This document shows positions 1 to 11,838 of a DNA stretch of 64,000 nt, in pieces. The notes beneath the pieces were generated by a model. That model made no database searches. It saw nothing but the letters and a program-made list of their open reading frames with translations, and had not been told where the DNA came from. The stretch is from the NCBI GenBank assembly GCA_963794945.1, contig CAWCFT010000014.1, positions 37,873-101,872 of the forward strand. Reading direction: 5' to 3'. Each line of letters starts with the position of its first letter. Position 1 is the first letter of the stretch. Source of the stretch: Endomicrobiales bacterium (lineage in GTDB: Bacteria > Elusimicrobiota > Endomicrobiia > Endomicrobiales > CAWCFT01). The position numbers were made by a program, and so were the translations under genes.

Positions 1-1
1 T

Positions 2-148
2 ACAGGCAGGATAATGGGCGATGCGGTTCGAGCCGATTACACTGTAGCGATAGCCGCTGCAAAGACCGGGCTTGCAGAAGAGCTGGCGAAGCCCTATGTA
101 GGCGATATCAAGATCGCGGATATTGGCATTCCAAAAGACCTGATTTGA
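2..148 (+). CDS. nnrE: NAD(P)H-hydrate epimerase (YjeF N-terminal family), 3' end only
   Basis: Manual translation TGRIMGDAVRADYTVAIAAAKTGL...YVGDIKIADIGIPKDLI* matches the typical C-terminus of YjeF_N. Confidence 0.75.
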   Translation, partial: TGRIMGDAVRADYTVAIAAAKTGLAEELAKPYVGDIKIADIGIPKDLI

Positions 149-270
149 CCGCGCTTAGGCGGCCTTATTCTAAGAATATCTTAACCCAGCCGCCAAGTGG
201 CACCGAATCCTTCCAATAAACCTTTTTTTTTGATAAAATTACGTTAGCTTAAGTTATTAAAATATCAATA

Positions 271-1600
271 ATGAAAAAATATATTCTTCTTATATTAGCC
301 ATATCCTGCCTGTACCCGTGTTTATACGCGTCCAACGGCAATTCCATTTTTAAAGGAGTGAAAACAGTGCGCCTCCATAACGGGACTACCGTCCTTATCG
401 ATGAAAACCACTCTCAGCCGCTCGTAACCGTTCAGGTCTGGGTAAAAGTAGGCTCGATCAACGAAGATGAAAGCACATACGGGCTTTCTCACTTCATTGA
501 GCACCTTATCTTCAAGGGAAGCAAGAACTATCCGGGCGACCTTATGACACGCATGGTCGAGACCAGGGGAGGGATGATCAACGCGGCGACATCTAAGGAA
601 TTCACAGAGTTCTATATAGACATGCAGAAAGACGGTTTTGAAGACGCCGTGAAACTGCTGGCGGACGCGATGTCTAACGCGCTTTTTCCGCAGGAAGAGA
701 TCGACCGCGAACGCCCAGTGGTTATAGAAGAAATAGTCAGGTCGAATGACAACCCTGGCTCTGTGCTCTATGATCTCTTCAATACGACAATGTTCCTTGT
801 CACCCCTTACAAGCACAACGTAATAGGCTCTGCAAACATCATACGCAAGGTGTCCAGGGAAGACATACTGAATTACTACCACAAACATTATTTACCAGAA
901 AACATTATAGTTTCGGTCGGAGGAGACTTCGACGCAGGCAAGGCCCGCGAAATAATTAAGAACTCGTTCGGCAAAACGGAGATGGATAGCCGCGCGGCAT
1001 CGGAGCAACCATCGCTTATAGAACCGGAACACAAATCCAATTTTCTCGCAAGGACAAAAGATGTCGAGCACGCGTACTGGCTCGGCGGCTTTCCTGGGCC
1101 CTGATATTACCAGCGATGACCAGTTCGCCGCTGACCTCGCTTCAACGATACTCGGGGGCGGCAGGTCATCGCGCCTGTATAGAAAACTGCGAGAAGAGGA
1201 CCGGCTTGTTTACTCCGTGTCTTCATCCTTCTGGTCGCAAAGAGGGACAGGCGTGTTCGCGATTAACGCCGTTTTTGACATTGAGAACGAAAAAAAATCC
1301 GTGGAAGGCATAATTAATGAGATAAACACCCTGATGAAATACGGCCCGACAGATGAAGAGATGGACAGGGCAAAGATAATGACTAAATCACAATGGTATT
1401 TCAACCTCGAGACCATCCATGACCGCGCGTCGACACTTGGCTATTGGAACCTGATCGGCAGGCCTGACCTCGCGGACACTTATATTGAAAATATCGAAAA
1501 GGTGACAAAAGACGATATAGTTGCTTTCTTCAAGAAATATTACGGGCCGAACAATATCAACCAAGCGGAGCTTATTTATAAATCAAAAAATGCGAAGTAG
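271..1600 (+). CDS. M16 (pitrilysin) family zinc peptidase, catalytic subunit, frameshift near 1095
   Basis: HFIEH (HxxEH) motif, INAATSKEFT and N-terminal signal peptide; C-terminal half continues in ORF 1061..1600 (SSRLYRKLRE). Confidence 0.85.
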
Positions 1601-3005
1601 AATTGCACTGACCATCATTTTGTCATTATTTTCAGCCGCTGCCACGGCCCACGCTGGAGGAAACGTGAAAGATACTAGCACGCCCGAAAATTCCACAAGT
1701 ACGATAAGCACTGCGCCCGGAAATGCGCCATCGAGCAACGATGGAGTCACGGTATTCATTCTTCCGAACGGCATCAGGGTGATACACAAAGAGATCGGAG
1801 AGAACCCTATAGCCACGCTGCAGATATTCTTGAAGGGTGGGATAATAAACGAGACTCCCCAGCAGGCTGGGATAACGAACATGATGCAGTCACTGCTGAT
1901 GCAGGGCACAAAAACACGCAGCTCCGAAGCCCTCTCGGCTGAAATAGAAAGCCTGGGAGCAAATGTCCCGATGGAAACGGCATACGACTATTCCAGCATA
2001 GGCATCTCTGCCCTTGACACAAACATCTATAAATCCGCAGAGCTCCTTTCGGACATCGTTTCAAATCCGGCCTTCGATAATAAAGAGATAGACAAGGAAA
2101 GAACTTATATTTTGGCCTCTCTTAAGAGCCGGAAGGATCAGATATCAATTGTAGCCGGAGACACATTCATCTCAAAGTTTTACGGCAGGCACCCGTACTC
2201 GTGGCCTGAACCCGGAAAGCCCTCTACCGTTGCCAAATTTACAAGGGAAGACCTCATTAAATGGCACGACAGGCTTTATGTATCTAACAATATGACTCTT
2301 GTCATCGCCGGCAAAATAAGTTTGGATGCCGCGAAAAGCATAGCCGAAAAATATTTTGCAGGAATTTCTTCCGGCACCGCCATGCCTCAAGCCTCTAAAC
2401 CCGTCAAACCGGAAGCCGGCACTGTAATTGAAGGGACCCAAAAGTTCCAGCAGGCGTTCCTGATGGAAGGCTTTACAGCGCCGGCACTGGCTGAAGACGA
2501 CTTCTACGCCCTCAAGGTACTAAACAGCCTGATAGGCGGAAGAATGACAAGCCGGCTTTTCGTAGAACTGCGCGAAAAGCTCAGCCTCGCATATGAGGTG
2601 AGCTCGTATTATCCTTCAAGGAAAGAACTTTCAAGATTCGTCATATATATGGGCCTCGACAAGAAGAATATTCCGCTTGCCACGAAAAGGATAGATGAGA
2701 TCTTAACAGACCTGAAGAACACACCCGTATCGGACAGCGAGCTCTCCGACACCAAGAATTATATCAGAGGTGTATACTTCCTCGACCGCCAGACTGTCTC
2801 TAGAAAAGCCTGGTATATCGGCTGGTGGGAAACCATGGGTTTCGGTTACGAGTATGACAAGACATACCTTGACAACCTTATGTCCGTTACTCCCGCTGAC
2901 ATACAGAGAGTGGCGCAGAAATATTTTACTGCCGGCAGAGTTACGGTCGAGATAATACCCGGCAAACAACCCGCGGCCCATAAAAGCGTAAAAACCAAAA
3001 AATAG
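1590..3005 (+). CDS. M16 family peptidase, non-catalytic partner subunit
   Basis: LPNGIRV and TSRLFVELREK motifs; HxxEH replaced by NMMQS; signal peptide; start overlaps the upstream stop. Confidence 0.85.
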   Translation: MRSRIALTIILSLFSAAATAHAGGNVKDTSTPENSTSTISTAPGNAPSSNDGVTVFILPNGIRVIHKEIGENPIATLQIFLKGGIINETPQQAGITNMMQSLLMQGTKTRSSEALSAEIESLGANVPMETAYDYSSIGISALDTNIYKSAELLSDIVSNPAFDNKEIDKERTYILASLKSRKDQISIVAGDTFISKFYGRHPYSWPEPGKPSTVAKFTREDLIKWHDRLYVSNNMTLVIAGKISLDAAKSIAEKYFAGISSGTAMPQASKPVKPEAGTVIEGTQKFQQAFLMEGFTAPALAEDDFYALKVLNSLIGGRMTSRLFVELREKLSLAYEVSSYYPSRKELSRFVIYMGLDKKNIPLATKRIDEILTDLKNTPVSDSELSDTKNYIRGVYFLDRQTVSRKAWYIGWWETMGFGYEYDKTYLDNLMSVTPADIQRVAQKYFTAGRVTVEIIPGKQPAAHKSVKTKK

Positions 3006-3029
3006 AGCGCACATTTTTTGATAAGATCA

Positions 3030-4655
3030 ATGAAATTAAAATATTCAGCCTGCCTATTCGGCGCTGTGACAATCCTTGCGTTACTCGCGGGCTGCCACAA
3101 GGGCCGGATAAAAGATTATTCCATCGCAGGCGCGGGAACTCCTGTAAACGGCGATTTGTTCATTGCTTCCTCTATAGGCGACGCGTCCTACCTTAACCCC
3201 ATCCTCGCAACCGACAGCTCATCAGGCGACATAAACGGCCTGGTTTTTAACGGGCTTGTAAAATATGACAAGGACCTCAAGCTGACCGGAGACCTCGCGG
3301 AAAGCTGGAAAGTGCTGGACGGCGGAACACGAATCATATTTAAGCTCCGCAAGAACGTTCGCTGGCACGACGGTAAACCTTTCACTTCAGACGATGTAAA
3401 ATTCACATACGAAAAACTCATCGACCCTTCCGTAAGAACCCCTTATGGCTCAGATTTTTTGCTCGTAAAAAACCTTGTAGCGCCTGACCCATACACCGTC
3501 GAAGTGACCTATAAACAACCGTTCGCTCCGGCGCTTGAATCCTGGGCTATGGGAATAATACCAAAACATATTTTTTCTTCCGGCGACTTCAACTCAAACC
3601 CTTTTAACCGAAAACCAATAGGAACCGGGCCGTACAAATTCAAGGAATGGGTGACAGACGAAAAGATTGTTCTTGACGCAAACCCGGATTATTTCGAAGG
3701 CAAACCATTTATTTCACGCTACATTTACAGAGTGATACCTGATCAATCTGTGCAGTTCCTCGAGATGAGGAAGGAGAGCATTGACGAGATCGGCCTCACG
3801 CCCGACCAGTGGAGAGCGTACCCGGAATTCTTCAAGAACTACAACAAGTTCCGCTACCCGTCTTTTTCTTATGTGTACCTGGGTTTTAATTTGAACATGC
3901 CTATGTTCGCTGATAAACGCTTTAGAAAAGCAGTCGCTCATGCTATCAATAAGAAGGATATTATTGACGGCGTACTGCTCGGCATGGGAAAAACCGCGAC
4001 CGGCCCATACCCTCCTCAATCGTGGGCTTATGACCCTTCCGTTAAGGATACAGCTTACGACCCGGAAGAGTCGCGCAGGCTATTAACAGAGCTTGGCTAC
4101 AGCCGTATCGGGCAAAGCGGATACCTCGAAAAAGAGGCGAAGCCCCTTGAATTTACTATAATTACCAACCAAGGCAATACAATGCGCAGTTTGACGGCGG
4201 AGATCATACAGGCCCAGCTTAAGGATGTCGGCATAAAAGTTAATATCAGGGTAATAGAATGGAGCGCGTTCGTTCACCAGTTCATAGATAAGCGTAACTT
4301 TGAAGCGGTTCTGCTGGGCTGGTCGCTTGGAAGGGACCCGGACCAATATTCCATATGGAACTCGGAGCAGACAAAAGAGGGGCGTTACAATTTCGTATCC
4401 TACAAAAATTCAGAAGTCGACAAACTGCTCGATGAAGGCAGGCGGACATTTGACCAGAAAAAGAGGGAAGTCATATACCATAAGTTCCACAGAATACTTG
4501 CCGATGACCTACCTTACATTTTTCTCTACTACCCCGAATCGCTTCCCTGCGTGCACAAACGTTTCAAAGCCGTGGAAGCAACGGCGGCAGGGATAGGCTG
4601 GAATTTCAATAAATGGTGGGTTCCTAAAAGCGAGCAAAAATATGCGGTGGAATAA
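3030..4655 (+). CDS. oppA: Peptide ABC transporter substrate-binding lipoprotein
   Basis: Lipobox LLAGC; family-5 SBP motifs LAESW, WHDGKPFTSDDVKFT, PIGTGPYKF. Confidence 0.9.
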   Translation: MKLKYSACLFGAVTILALLAGCHKGRIKDYSIAGAGTPVNGDLFIASSIGDASYLNPILATDSSSGDINGLVFNGLVKYDKDLKLTGDLAESWKVLDGGTRIIFKLRKNVRWHDGKPFTSDDVKFTYEKLIDPSVRTPYGSDFLLVKNLVAPDPYTVEVTYKQPFAPALESWAMGIIPKHIFSSGDFNSNPFNRKPIGTGPYKFKEWVTDEKIVLDANPDYFEGKPFISRYIYRVIPDQSVQFLEMRKESIDEIGLTPDQWRAYPEFFKNYNKFRYPSFSYVYLGFNLNMPMFADKRFRKAVAHAINKKDIIDGVLLGMGKTATGPYPPQSWAYDPSVKDTAYDPEESRRLLTELGYSRIGQSGYLEKEAKPLEFTIITNQGNTMRSLTAEIIQAQLKDVGIKVNIRVIEWSAFVHQFIDKRNFEAVLLGWSLGRDPDQYSIWNSEQTKEGRYNFVSYKNSEVDKLLDEGRRTFDQKKREVIYHKFHRILADDLPYIFLYYPESLPCVHKRFKAVEATAAGIGWNFNKWWVPKSEQKYAVE

Positions 4656-6308
4656 TATAGCGAACATTATTAGCAAACAATATTTAGTATTTTTATACGT
4701 TTTGCTCTGTTTCATGATGATAGCGCGGCCTGTAACCGCGGTTACAGCTGTAGGATATACCCTGCATTTTGATTTTATAAACAACTGGGAACAGGCTAAG
4801 CAGATCGTAACGGTCGCCCATGACAACGGGTCTGAAATACTTAATGTTGCGTCCGCCGGCCCATATATGGGAATCGCCGGCGAGCCTGGAAATACTGCGG
4901 GATATTTTCAGCCTGACCAGGACGCTGCATATGCAAGTTGTGTTAAGCAGGATAGACGCCTGCCCGGTCAGCGCCGATGACCCCGAACGGACAAATTACC
5001 TTTACGACCAGATATTGATTAACCCCGGCATTTTGCCTACCGGTGAACAGAACGCCTGAGTATTTCAGGGAAACTGTGGGCCTGCGCAGATACGAAAAAT
5101 GGCTACGGGAAGAAACCGAGTATTACAGCCGGAATTTCTCGGGCGAAGATAATTTGGCAGGTTTTAGCGTCGGCCTGTTCAATGAGCCTTTTGTGTCACA
5201 GCGTGGAAGCCTGCTTTGCTATGATTTTATCACAACCTCCTATGAGCTTGCTCAGTACACGCCGCCGTGTTTAAAATACTGGCAGGCCTGGCTCAAGAAC
5301 AAGTATTCGAACTTGAAAGGCATCAATAAGCGCTATAATACGTCCTTTAAATCTTTATCTGCTATACCGATGCCCAGAAATGAGCACGACCAGAGGTTCG
5401 GCAAAACGCGAACAGCCTACTGTGATCTCATTTCTTCTGTCAATGATTGGGTGGTCGCCCAGTATAATGGGTGCCACGCTGTATGGCACAAGCACGCTAA
5501 AAGGCCGGTCCCGTTCATATTACAGTTCAGCGGTTATGTACCTGAAAAATTCTCTAAAGGCAGGCCCTGTTTCGCAATGCTCGATATTTATTCATGGATG
5601 CAAACGGCGGATGCCCTGGGGTTTTCTATTTATACTAACCAAAAATATTATGATTGGGGCCACGCCTCAGACACCGCAATGGCCCATAACCTGTATCTCG
5701 CGGTCATGCAAAATAAGCATGTTTTTGTTATGGAAGGTGGCAGCGAAGACGACGGCGCGGTACTGATACCTGCGGAACTCAATTTTATCGCTGATACAAG
5801 CAGGCTGTTAAAACCTGACTGCTGTATCTACGAATTTTTCAAAGCCCCTTTTTATGCTCATTTCCGCCATAATGAAGGTTATGTAATCAACAGTTCAGGC
5901 GTAGTCGACAAGAGTGCCCTTGAATCTGTAAAAGCAGCCCTAACACGCTCGCAACATGCAGAGCTGCTGGCTAACGAAGTTTACGTATATGACGCCCCAG
6001 CTTCGCTATCTTTAGACAATGACGACCTTAATATTCAAAAATACCTGCAAGTTACCGCTTTGGATAAAACACTTTTGTTCGTACCGGAGGCTTCGCTCGC
6101 ACTTCTTCCGCGAGGCGCTTCACTGCTGATAATTCAACAAAATTGTGATGAAGATGTGCTGAAACTGTTGACGGCCAAAGGAATAAATGTTGTGCCTGCA
6201 AGAGAGTGGATAAAAATGATCAGTACCAAGCCCGGCACACCCGCGAACGTTCTGACCGGCAGCACGGCCCTTGGATTAAGGAAATCCGACAACGGACTTC
6301 ATCAATAA
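4642..6308 (+). CDS. Putative secreted glycoside hydrolase (GH42/beta-galactosidase-like), split by two frameshifts
   Basis: Three overlapping ORF pieces; signal peptide; NEP motif and WQAWLKNKYSNLKGINKRYNTSF resembling the GH42 WL..KY..I..LN..W.T segment. Confidence 0.5.
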
Positions 6309-6380
6309 CTTATTTTATTTCCTTTGTTAAATAACTATTAACTAAAGACTGAGAGAGTCTTCAGTCTAAATTTAAACTTT

Positions 6381-7353
6381 ATGAAAACCTACATTTTAAA
6401 GCGTATTTCTTATTCGATCCCTATCCTCATAGGCATAACGCTTATAACGTTTCTCATTATGCACCTCGCCCCGGGAAACCCAACGGCCATGCTCACCGAC
6501 ATGAACGCTAAAATATCCGCCGACGCCAAGGCAAAGCTTACTCAGCTCTACGGCTTGGACAAACCCTGGTATATCCAGTACGCGCACTGGCTCAAACGTT
6601 TCGTTGTGCTCGATTTCGGCAAATCTTTCAGGGACGGCAGGCCGGCTATCACCAAGATAGGCGAACGGCTTCCCGCGTCGCTTCTTTTGAATATTCTTTC
6701 GCTGCTCTTCATACTGGCGGTTTGCCTTGCCGATCGGGATATTTTCCGCGTTAAAGAAAGATTCCATATTCGATAAAGCTACTACGGTTTTTGTTTTTAT
6801 AGGATTTTCAATGCCCGCTTTCTGGATGGCGCTTTTGCTTATGATACTTTTCGGTTTAAAACTTGGCGTGCTGCCTATATCCGGCCTGCACTCGCTTAAC
6901 TACGATGACATGAGTCTCGCGGGCAAGCTGACCGACGTCGCTAGCCACCTGATATTGCCGGTTTTCATCTCAGCGTTCACCGGCCTCGCGGGCCTTTCAA
7001 GATACGTGCGTTCCAGCATGCTTGAAGTAATACGTCAGGACTACATACGCACCGCCTACGCCAAAGGCCTGCCGGAGCACAGGATAATTTTCAGGCACGC
7101 GCTTAAGAACGCGCTTCTTCCTGTGGTAACGATACTCGGGCTCTCGCTGCCAGCACTAATCGGCGGGGGGTTCATTTTCGAAACAATATTCGCATACCCG
7201 GGAATGGGCAGGCTGGGCTACGAGGCGGTGATGTCACGGGATTATCCGGTGGTTATGGCAGTGGGCGTTATAGCTGCGTTCCTTACGCTTATCGGCAATC
7301 TTATAGCCGACATAACTTACGCCTGGGTAGACCCGAGAATCAGATACAAATGA
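6381..7353 (+). CDS. oppB: Peptide ABC transporter permease, frameshift near 6725
   Basis: LAPGNP, YGLDKPW, EAA-loop [13 protein letters not shown]-terminal DPRIR. Confidence 0.9.
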
Positions 7354-7480
7354 ATTCAAGAATCAAAGATCAAATATCAATATTTATGTTAACTGCTTTT
7401 ATATAAATAGTTCTATATTTTTGAATTTTGATTTGCATATTTGACATTTGGTATTTGATGTTTGATGTGGATGAATAGAT

Positions 7481-8296
7481 ATGATGAAGAAAATATTCGA
7501 GAACAAATTATCTTTTATCGGACTTGGCTTGATAGCTGTCCTTTTCTGCGTTGCCGTTTTTGCGCCCGTCATCGCGCCTTACAAGCCCGACGCCCAGCAC
7601 CTTTCTATGCGGCTCGCCAACCCGGGCCGCGTGTTCCTGATCGGAACGGACGACTTGGGCCGCGACGCGTTCTCGAGAATGATTTATGGAGTAAGGATAT
7701 CACTTACTGTTGGCTTTGTTGCGGTTGGCATATCGGTGCTCATAGGCACATGCCTCGGGCTCATGAGCGGGTATTTCGGGGGCTGGGTGGACACTTTTAT
7801 AATGAGGCTCGTAGACATCATGCTGTGCTTTCCGACTTTTTTTCTTATTCTGCTGGTTATAGCGTTCCTCGAGCCGAGCATTTACAATGTTATGATAGTG
7901 ATCGGCCTTACTTCCTGGCCAGGCCTCACACGCCTCGTCCGCGCGGAGGTTCTCTCTATCAGGGAACGTGAATATATACTTGCGGCTGAACTGTTGGGGC
8001 TAAGCAACCTGCGGATATTCCTGGTTCATCTCTTACCAAATGTAGTCGCTCCAATAATAGTTTCGGCAACGCTCGGTGTCGGTGACGCCATAATGACTGA
8101 GTCCGGCCTGTCATTCCTTGGGCTCGGAGTACAACCGCCAGCGGCTTCCTGGGGGCAGATGCTTTCATCAGGCAAGGAATACATTTATATCGCCTGGTGG
8201 CTTACACTCTTCCCGGGCCTTGCGATACTGCTAACGGTGCTGTCGTTTAACCTGCTTGGCGAAGGCCTGAGAGACATACTTGACCCCAGGAAATAA
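7481..8296 (+). CDS. oppC: Peptide ABC transporter permease
   Basis: IGTDDLGRD, HLLPN, SFLGLG, SWGQML, GEGLRDILDP. Confidence 0.9.
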   Translation: MMKKIFENKLSFIGLGLIAVLFCVAVFAPVIAPYKPDAQHLSMRLANPGRVFLIGTDDLGRDAFSRMIYGVRISLTVGFVAVGISVLIGTCLGLMSGYFGGWVDTFIMRLVDIMLCFPTFFLILLVIAFLEPSIYNVMIVIGLTSWPGLTRLVRAEVLSIREREYILAAELLGLSNLRIFLVHLLPNVVAPIIVSATLGVGDAIMTESGLSFLGLGVQPPAASWGQMLSSGKEYIYIAWWLTLFPGLAILLTVLSFNLLGEGLRDILDPRK

Positions 8297-8468
8297 ATGC
8301 AATTTCGAAATTCGAAGCACGAAAACCGAAACAATAGGCAATAACCAAAAAGTAAAGAAATAAAAATAGATATATTATTGCTCATAAGAAATATTTTGAT
8401 ATTTGACTATTGGTCATTGTAATTTGTTTCGGATTTCGAAATTCGAATTTATAATTTGCTTAAATATT

Positions 8469-9431
8469 ATGAATATATTAGAAATAGAAAACCTATCGGT
8501 TGAATATTACAGGAACAAAGAGACAGTACGCGCTTTGCGCGGTGTTTCGCTTTCCGTCAACGAAGGCGAAACACTTTCAATTGTAGGCGAATCCGGCTGC
8601 GGCAAGAGCACACTGGCGATGAGCGTGCTTGGGCTGATATTCCCGGCGCAGGGTAAAATAACTGCGGGAGAGATTTATTTTAAAGGGAAAAATATTCTAG
8701 ACAACGACAAACAAAGCTGGCAGCAGTTGCGAGGAAAAGAAGTTTCTATAGTTTTCCAAGACCCGTTCTCGTCCCTTAATCCGGTACTCACTATCCGCGA
8801 ACAGCTGGCGGAGGCTGTTTGGGCCCACAACCCTGGTGTTACAAAAAGTGATCTCGCAGGCCGTGTCGCTAACGCGCTTGACGAGGTAGTATTCACTGAC
8901 CCTGAAAGAATACTATCCTCGTACCCTCACCAGCTTTCCGGAGGTCAAAGGCAGAGGGTAATGCTTGCTATAGCAATAATAAACCGGCCGGCCGTACTTA
9001 TTGCCGATGAGCCGACAACAGCACTCGATGTCACTATCCAGAAGGAAATAATGGACCTTATAGCCAAACTCCAAAAAGAGCTTTCCCTGACCGTGATACT
9101 TATAACACATAATCTTCTGCTAGCTAAACAACGTTCAGACCGGATAGCCGTGATGTACGCAGGAGAGATAGTTGAGCTCAACTCCAAAGAGGAGATATTC
9201 ACGAATCCGCTTCACCCTTACACTAAAGCTCTTATGAACTCGGTTCCCAAACTGCTTTCTAAAACCCCGCCCCACGCGCTCGCTGGCCAGCCGCCCGAGC
9301 TTACCGGTACCGTGCCCGGCTCAAGCTTTGCGCCGAGATGCGCTGACGTTACAGAAAAGTGCCGTGCGTCAAGCCCGCGGGAATATGTATTGGGCAACGC
9401 GAAGGTCAGGTGTAATCTTTATGATAAGTAG
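8469..9431 (+). CDS. oppD: Peptide ABC transporter ATP-binding protein
   Basis: GESGCGKS, LSGGQRQR, IADEPT, HPYT. Confidence 0.9.
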   Translation: MNILEIENLSVEYYRNKETVRALRGVSLSVNEGETLSIVGESGCGKSTLAMSVLGLIFPAQGKITAGEIYFKGKNILDNDKQSWQQLRGKEVSIVFQDPFSSLNPVLTIREQLAEAVWAHNPGVTKSDLAGRVANALDEVVFTDPERILSSYPHQLSGGQRQRVMLAIAIINRPAVLIADEPTTALDVTIQKEIMDLIAKLQKELSLTVILITHNLLLAKQRSDRIAVMYAGEIVELNSKEEIFTNPLHPYTKALMNSVPKLLSKTPPHALAGQPPELTGTVPGSSFAPRCADVTEKCRASSPREYVLGNAKVRCNLYDK

Positions 9432-9461
9432 ATACAATGTTTCAAGTTTGAGGTTTAATTC

Positions 9462-10211
9462 ATGAGCCTGCTGGAAGTACGGAACGTCAGTAAATCTTTC
9501 GACCTCCAAAAAGATTTTTTTTCTAACAAGGCCTCGAAAGTTTTCGCGCTTGACGATGTTTCAGTAACGCTGGAAGAAGGCGGGTTCTCAGGCATACTTG
9601 GCGAATCAGGCAGCGGAAAGACCACGCTCGGAAAGATAATCTGCAGGCTTATCGCGCCCGACAGCGGACAAGTACTCATAGACGGAAAAGAAATTAGCAA
9701 TTACTCCCGTTACGAACTTTCAACCAAAGTGCAGATGATATTTCAGGATCCGTTCGCTTCACTTAATCCTAAGCTTACCATACAGACAATACTCGGCGAA
9801 GCGGCTCCCGGTAGGCCGTTAAGAGAGATAGAAGATACCCTCTCGCTGGTCGGGCTTTCGGGCGAGATACTGCCTCTTTACCCGCACCATTTTTCAGGGG
9901 GACAACGCCAGCGGATCGCTATAGCGCGGGCCCTTTTAAAAAAACCGAAGCTTATTATAGCCGATGAACCCATTTCATCACTTGATATCTCTATTCAGGC
10001 CCAGATACTTGACCTGTTCATAAAGCTTAAGAACTCCGCCGGAATTTCTTTCATTTTCATTAGCCACGACATTGTTACGGCGAGCAACATTGCCGATTAT
10101 TTTTACATTATGAAAAACGGCAGGATCATGGAAGAGGACGCAGCGCAAGAAATCCTAACAGCACCGTCAACAGATTACACAAAGAACCTGCTTGAAGCCG
10201 TACCAAGATGA
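9462..10211 (+). CDS. oppF: Peptide ABC transporter ATP-binding protein
   Basis: GESGSGKT, FSGGQRQR, IADEP. Confidence 0.88.
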   Translation: MSLLEVRNVSKSFDLQKDFFSNKASKVFALDDVSVTLEEGGFSGILGESGSGKTTLGKIICRLIAPDSGQVLIDGKEISNYSRYELSTKVQMIFQDPFASLNPKLTIQTILGEAAPGRPLREIEDTLSLVGLSGEILPLYPHHFSGGQRQRIAIARALLKKPKLIIADEPISSLDISIQAQILDLFIKLKNSAGISFIFISHDIVTASNIADYFYIMKNGRIMEEDAAQEILTAPSTDYTKNLLEAVPR

Positions 10212-10262
10212 ACCGTCGAGCCTTGTAATATCACTCCAATTTGCTATAATTCACTTTCACTT

Positions 10263-11756
10263 ATGACTAAGAACAAAACAATAACTTCCATTTCTGACTC
10301 CTGCCCGCAGGCCACCCTCAAGCTCATCAAGAAGATAGCCGGAAACGAAAAGGTTTATATAGTCGGAGGCTGGTTGCGGGACAAACTTCTCGGTCGTGCC
10401 AACCGTGACCTCGACGTGGTAACTGCCAAAAACCCGTTGACTCTCGCGAAAAAGTTCTCAAGAGCAGTAAATGGCACTTTTGTGACGCTTGACAAAAAGA
10501 ATATGGTCTATAGGGTAGTGCTCAAAGGCGCCACTGAGATCGAGTACATTGATTTTTCTAAAATGAAAGCGCCGGATATTATATCGGACCTAATGAAACG
10601 GGATTTCACAGTAAACTCCATGGCCGCGGAAATATGGTTTGACGGAGAACTGGACACGAGGAATATTCTCGACCCATCGAACGGAACGCTAGACATAAAT
10701 AAACGAATAATCAGGATCACATCCCAGAAAAGTTTCACTGATGACCCTTTAAGGATGCTGCGGGCATTCAGGATAGCCGCAGAACTTGGTTTCGGTATAG
10801 AACCCAAAACACTCAATAACATTACGAAATCGTCAGGCTTGATACTATATAGCGCGGCCGAAAGAGTGAGGGATGAACTGGTTAAAATGTTCGCGGCCAG
10901 AGATTCGGCTTGCTGGGTAATATACCTTGAAAAATCAGGCCTCTTGGAGCGCCTAATACCCGAAATAACGCCGATGAAAAAATCGGCCAGAAAATTCTAC
11001 TTCCATCCCAAAGGGCTCTGGCAGCACTCACAGGAGACACTGGAAAGCATCGAGAACCTGTTGCAAAACCTCTCAAAATATTTTCCCGAAACCCATACAG
11101 AGATAGAAAGGCACCTAGAGATGCCGCTGTCGTCCGGAATGGACCGAAAGACTTTACTAAAGTTCGTTGCACTCCTGCATGACTGTGCTAAGCCCCAGTG
11201 CGCGATAAAGTCGGGAAAGAAAACCCGGTTCCTAGGGCACGAGAAAAAAGGCGCGGCAATGATAGATAAGATACTACGCAGGCTGCGCGTTGGCTCTAGA
11301 GAGATATCAATTGCCAAGAGTATCACCGGCAGCCATATGAGGCCGGTCAGCCTCAGCCAGGCGGGAACGGTTACCCAGAAGGCCTCTTTCCGCCTGTTCC
11401 GGGACGTCGGCGAGAATACGCCGGACCTGCTGCTTCTCTCGCTTGCCGATTGGCACTCTTACAAACGCATAAAAACCAACAAACCAAAGGACCTCAAAAA
11501 ACAGGAAGCCGTGCTCCGTGAACTTGTGTCCAGGTACTTCAAACATAAGGTTAAGCAAACCGTTCCCCGGCTTATAGACGGCAACGAACTTATGAAGCAA
11601 CTCGATCTTGAACCCGGCCCGCTAATTGGCGGCCTGCTTAAAGAAGTTGCGGAGGCTCAAGCTCTGGGAAAAATATCCACTTCGAAAGAAGCAATAGCCC
11701 TTGCCTCTAAAAAGTTGACAGTACTTGCAAAAAAGTATAGAATTAAAACTAATTAA
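10263..11756 (+). CDS. cca: CCA tRNA nucleotidyltransferase / poly(A) polymerase family protein with HD domain
   Basis: GGWLRD..DLD, RDFTVN, DDPLRMLRAFR, ERVRDEL, LLHD. Confidence 0.8.
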   Translation: MTKNKTITSISDSCPQATLKLIKKIAGNEKVYIVGGWLRDKLLGRANRDLDVVTAKNPLTLAKKFSRAVNGTFVTLDKKNMVYRVVLKGATEIEYIDFSKMKAPDIISDLMKRDFTVNSMAAEIWFDGELDTRNILDPSNGTLDINKRIIRITSQKSFTDDPLRMLRAFRIAAELGFGIEPKTLNNITKSSGLILYSAAERVRDELVKMFAARDSACWVIYLEKSGLLERLIPEITPMKKSARKFYFHPKGLWQHSQETLESIENLLQNLSKYFPETHTEIERHLEMPLSSGMDRKTLLKFVALLHDCAKPQCAIKSGKKTRFLGHEKKGAAMIDKILRRLRVGSREISIAKSITGSHMRPVSLSQAGTVTQKASFRLFRDVGENTPDLLLLSLADWHSYKRIKTNKPKDLKKQEAVLRELVSRYFKHKVKQTVPRLIDGNELMKQLDLEPGPLIGGLLKEVAEAQALGKISTSKEAIALASKKLTVLAKKYRIKTN

Positions 11757-11838
11757 ATATTTAGAAGATTTAAGATTTGAAGATTCACAACTCAATCTTT
11801 TTAATCTTCCAATTTTCAATCTTAAATCGATGTTTTAC

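Noticed and set aside
1080..1104. Programmed frameshifting in the split genes
   Set aside because: No consistent slippery motif; the indels are scattered across unrelated genes
8403..8468. Upstream TTG starts for oppD (and 13218 for the kinase)
   Set aside because: The extensions run through intergenic palindromic repeats; the downstream ATGs fit better
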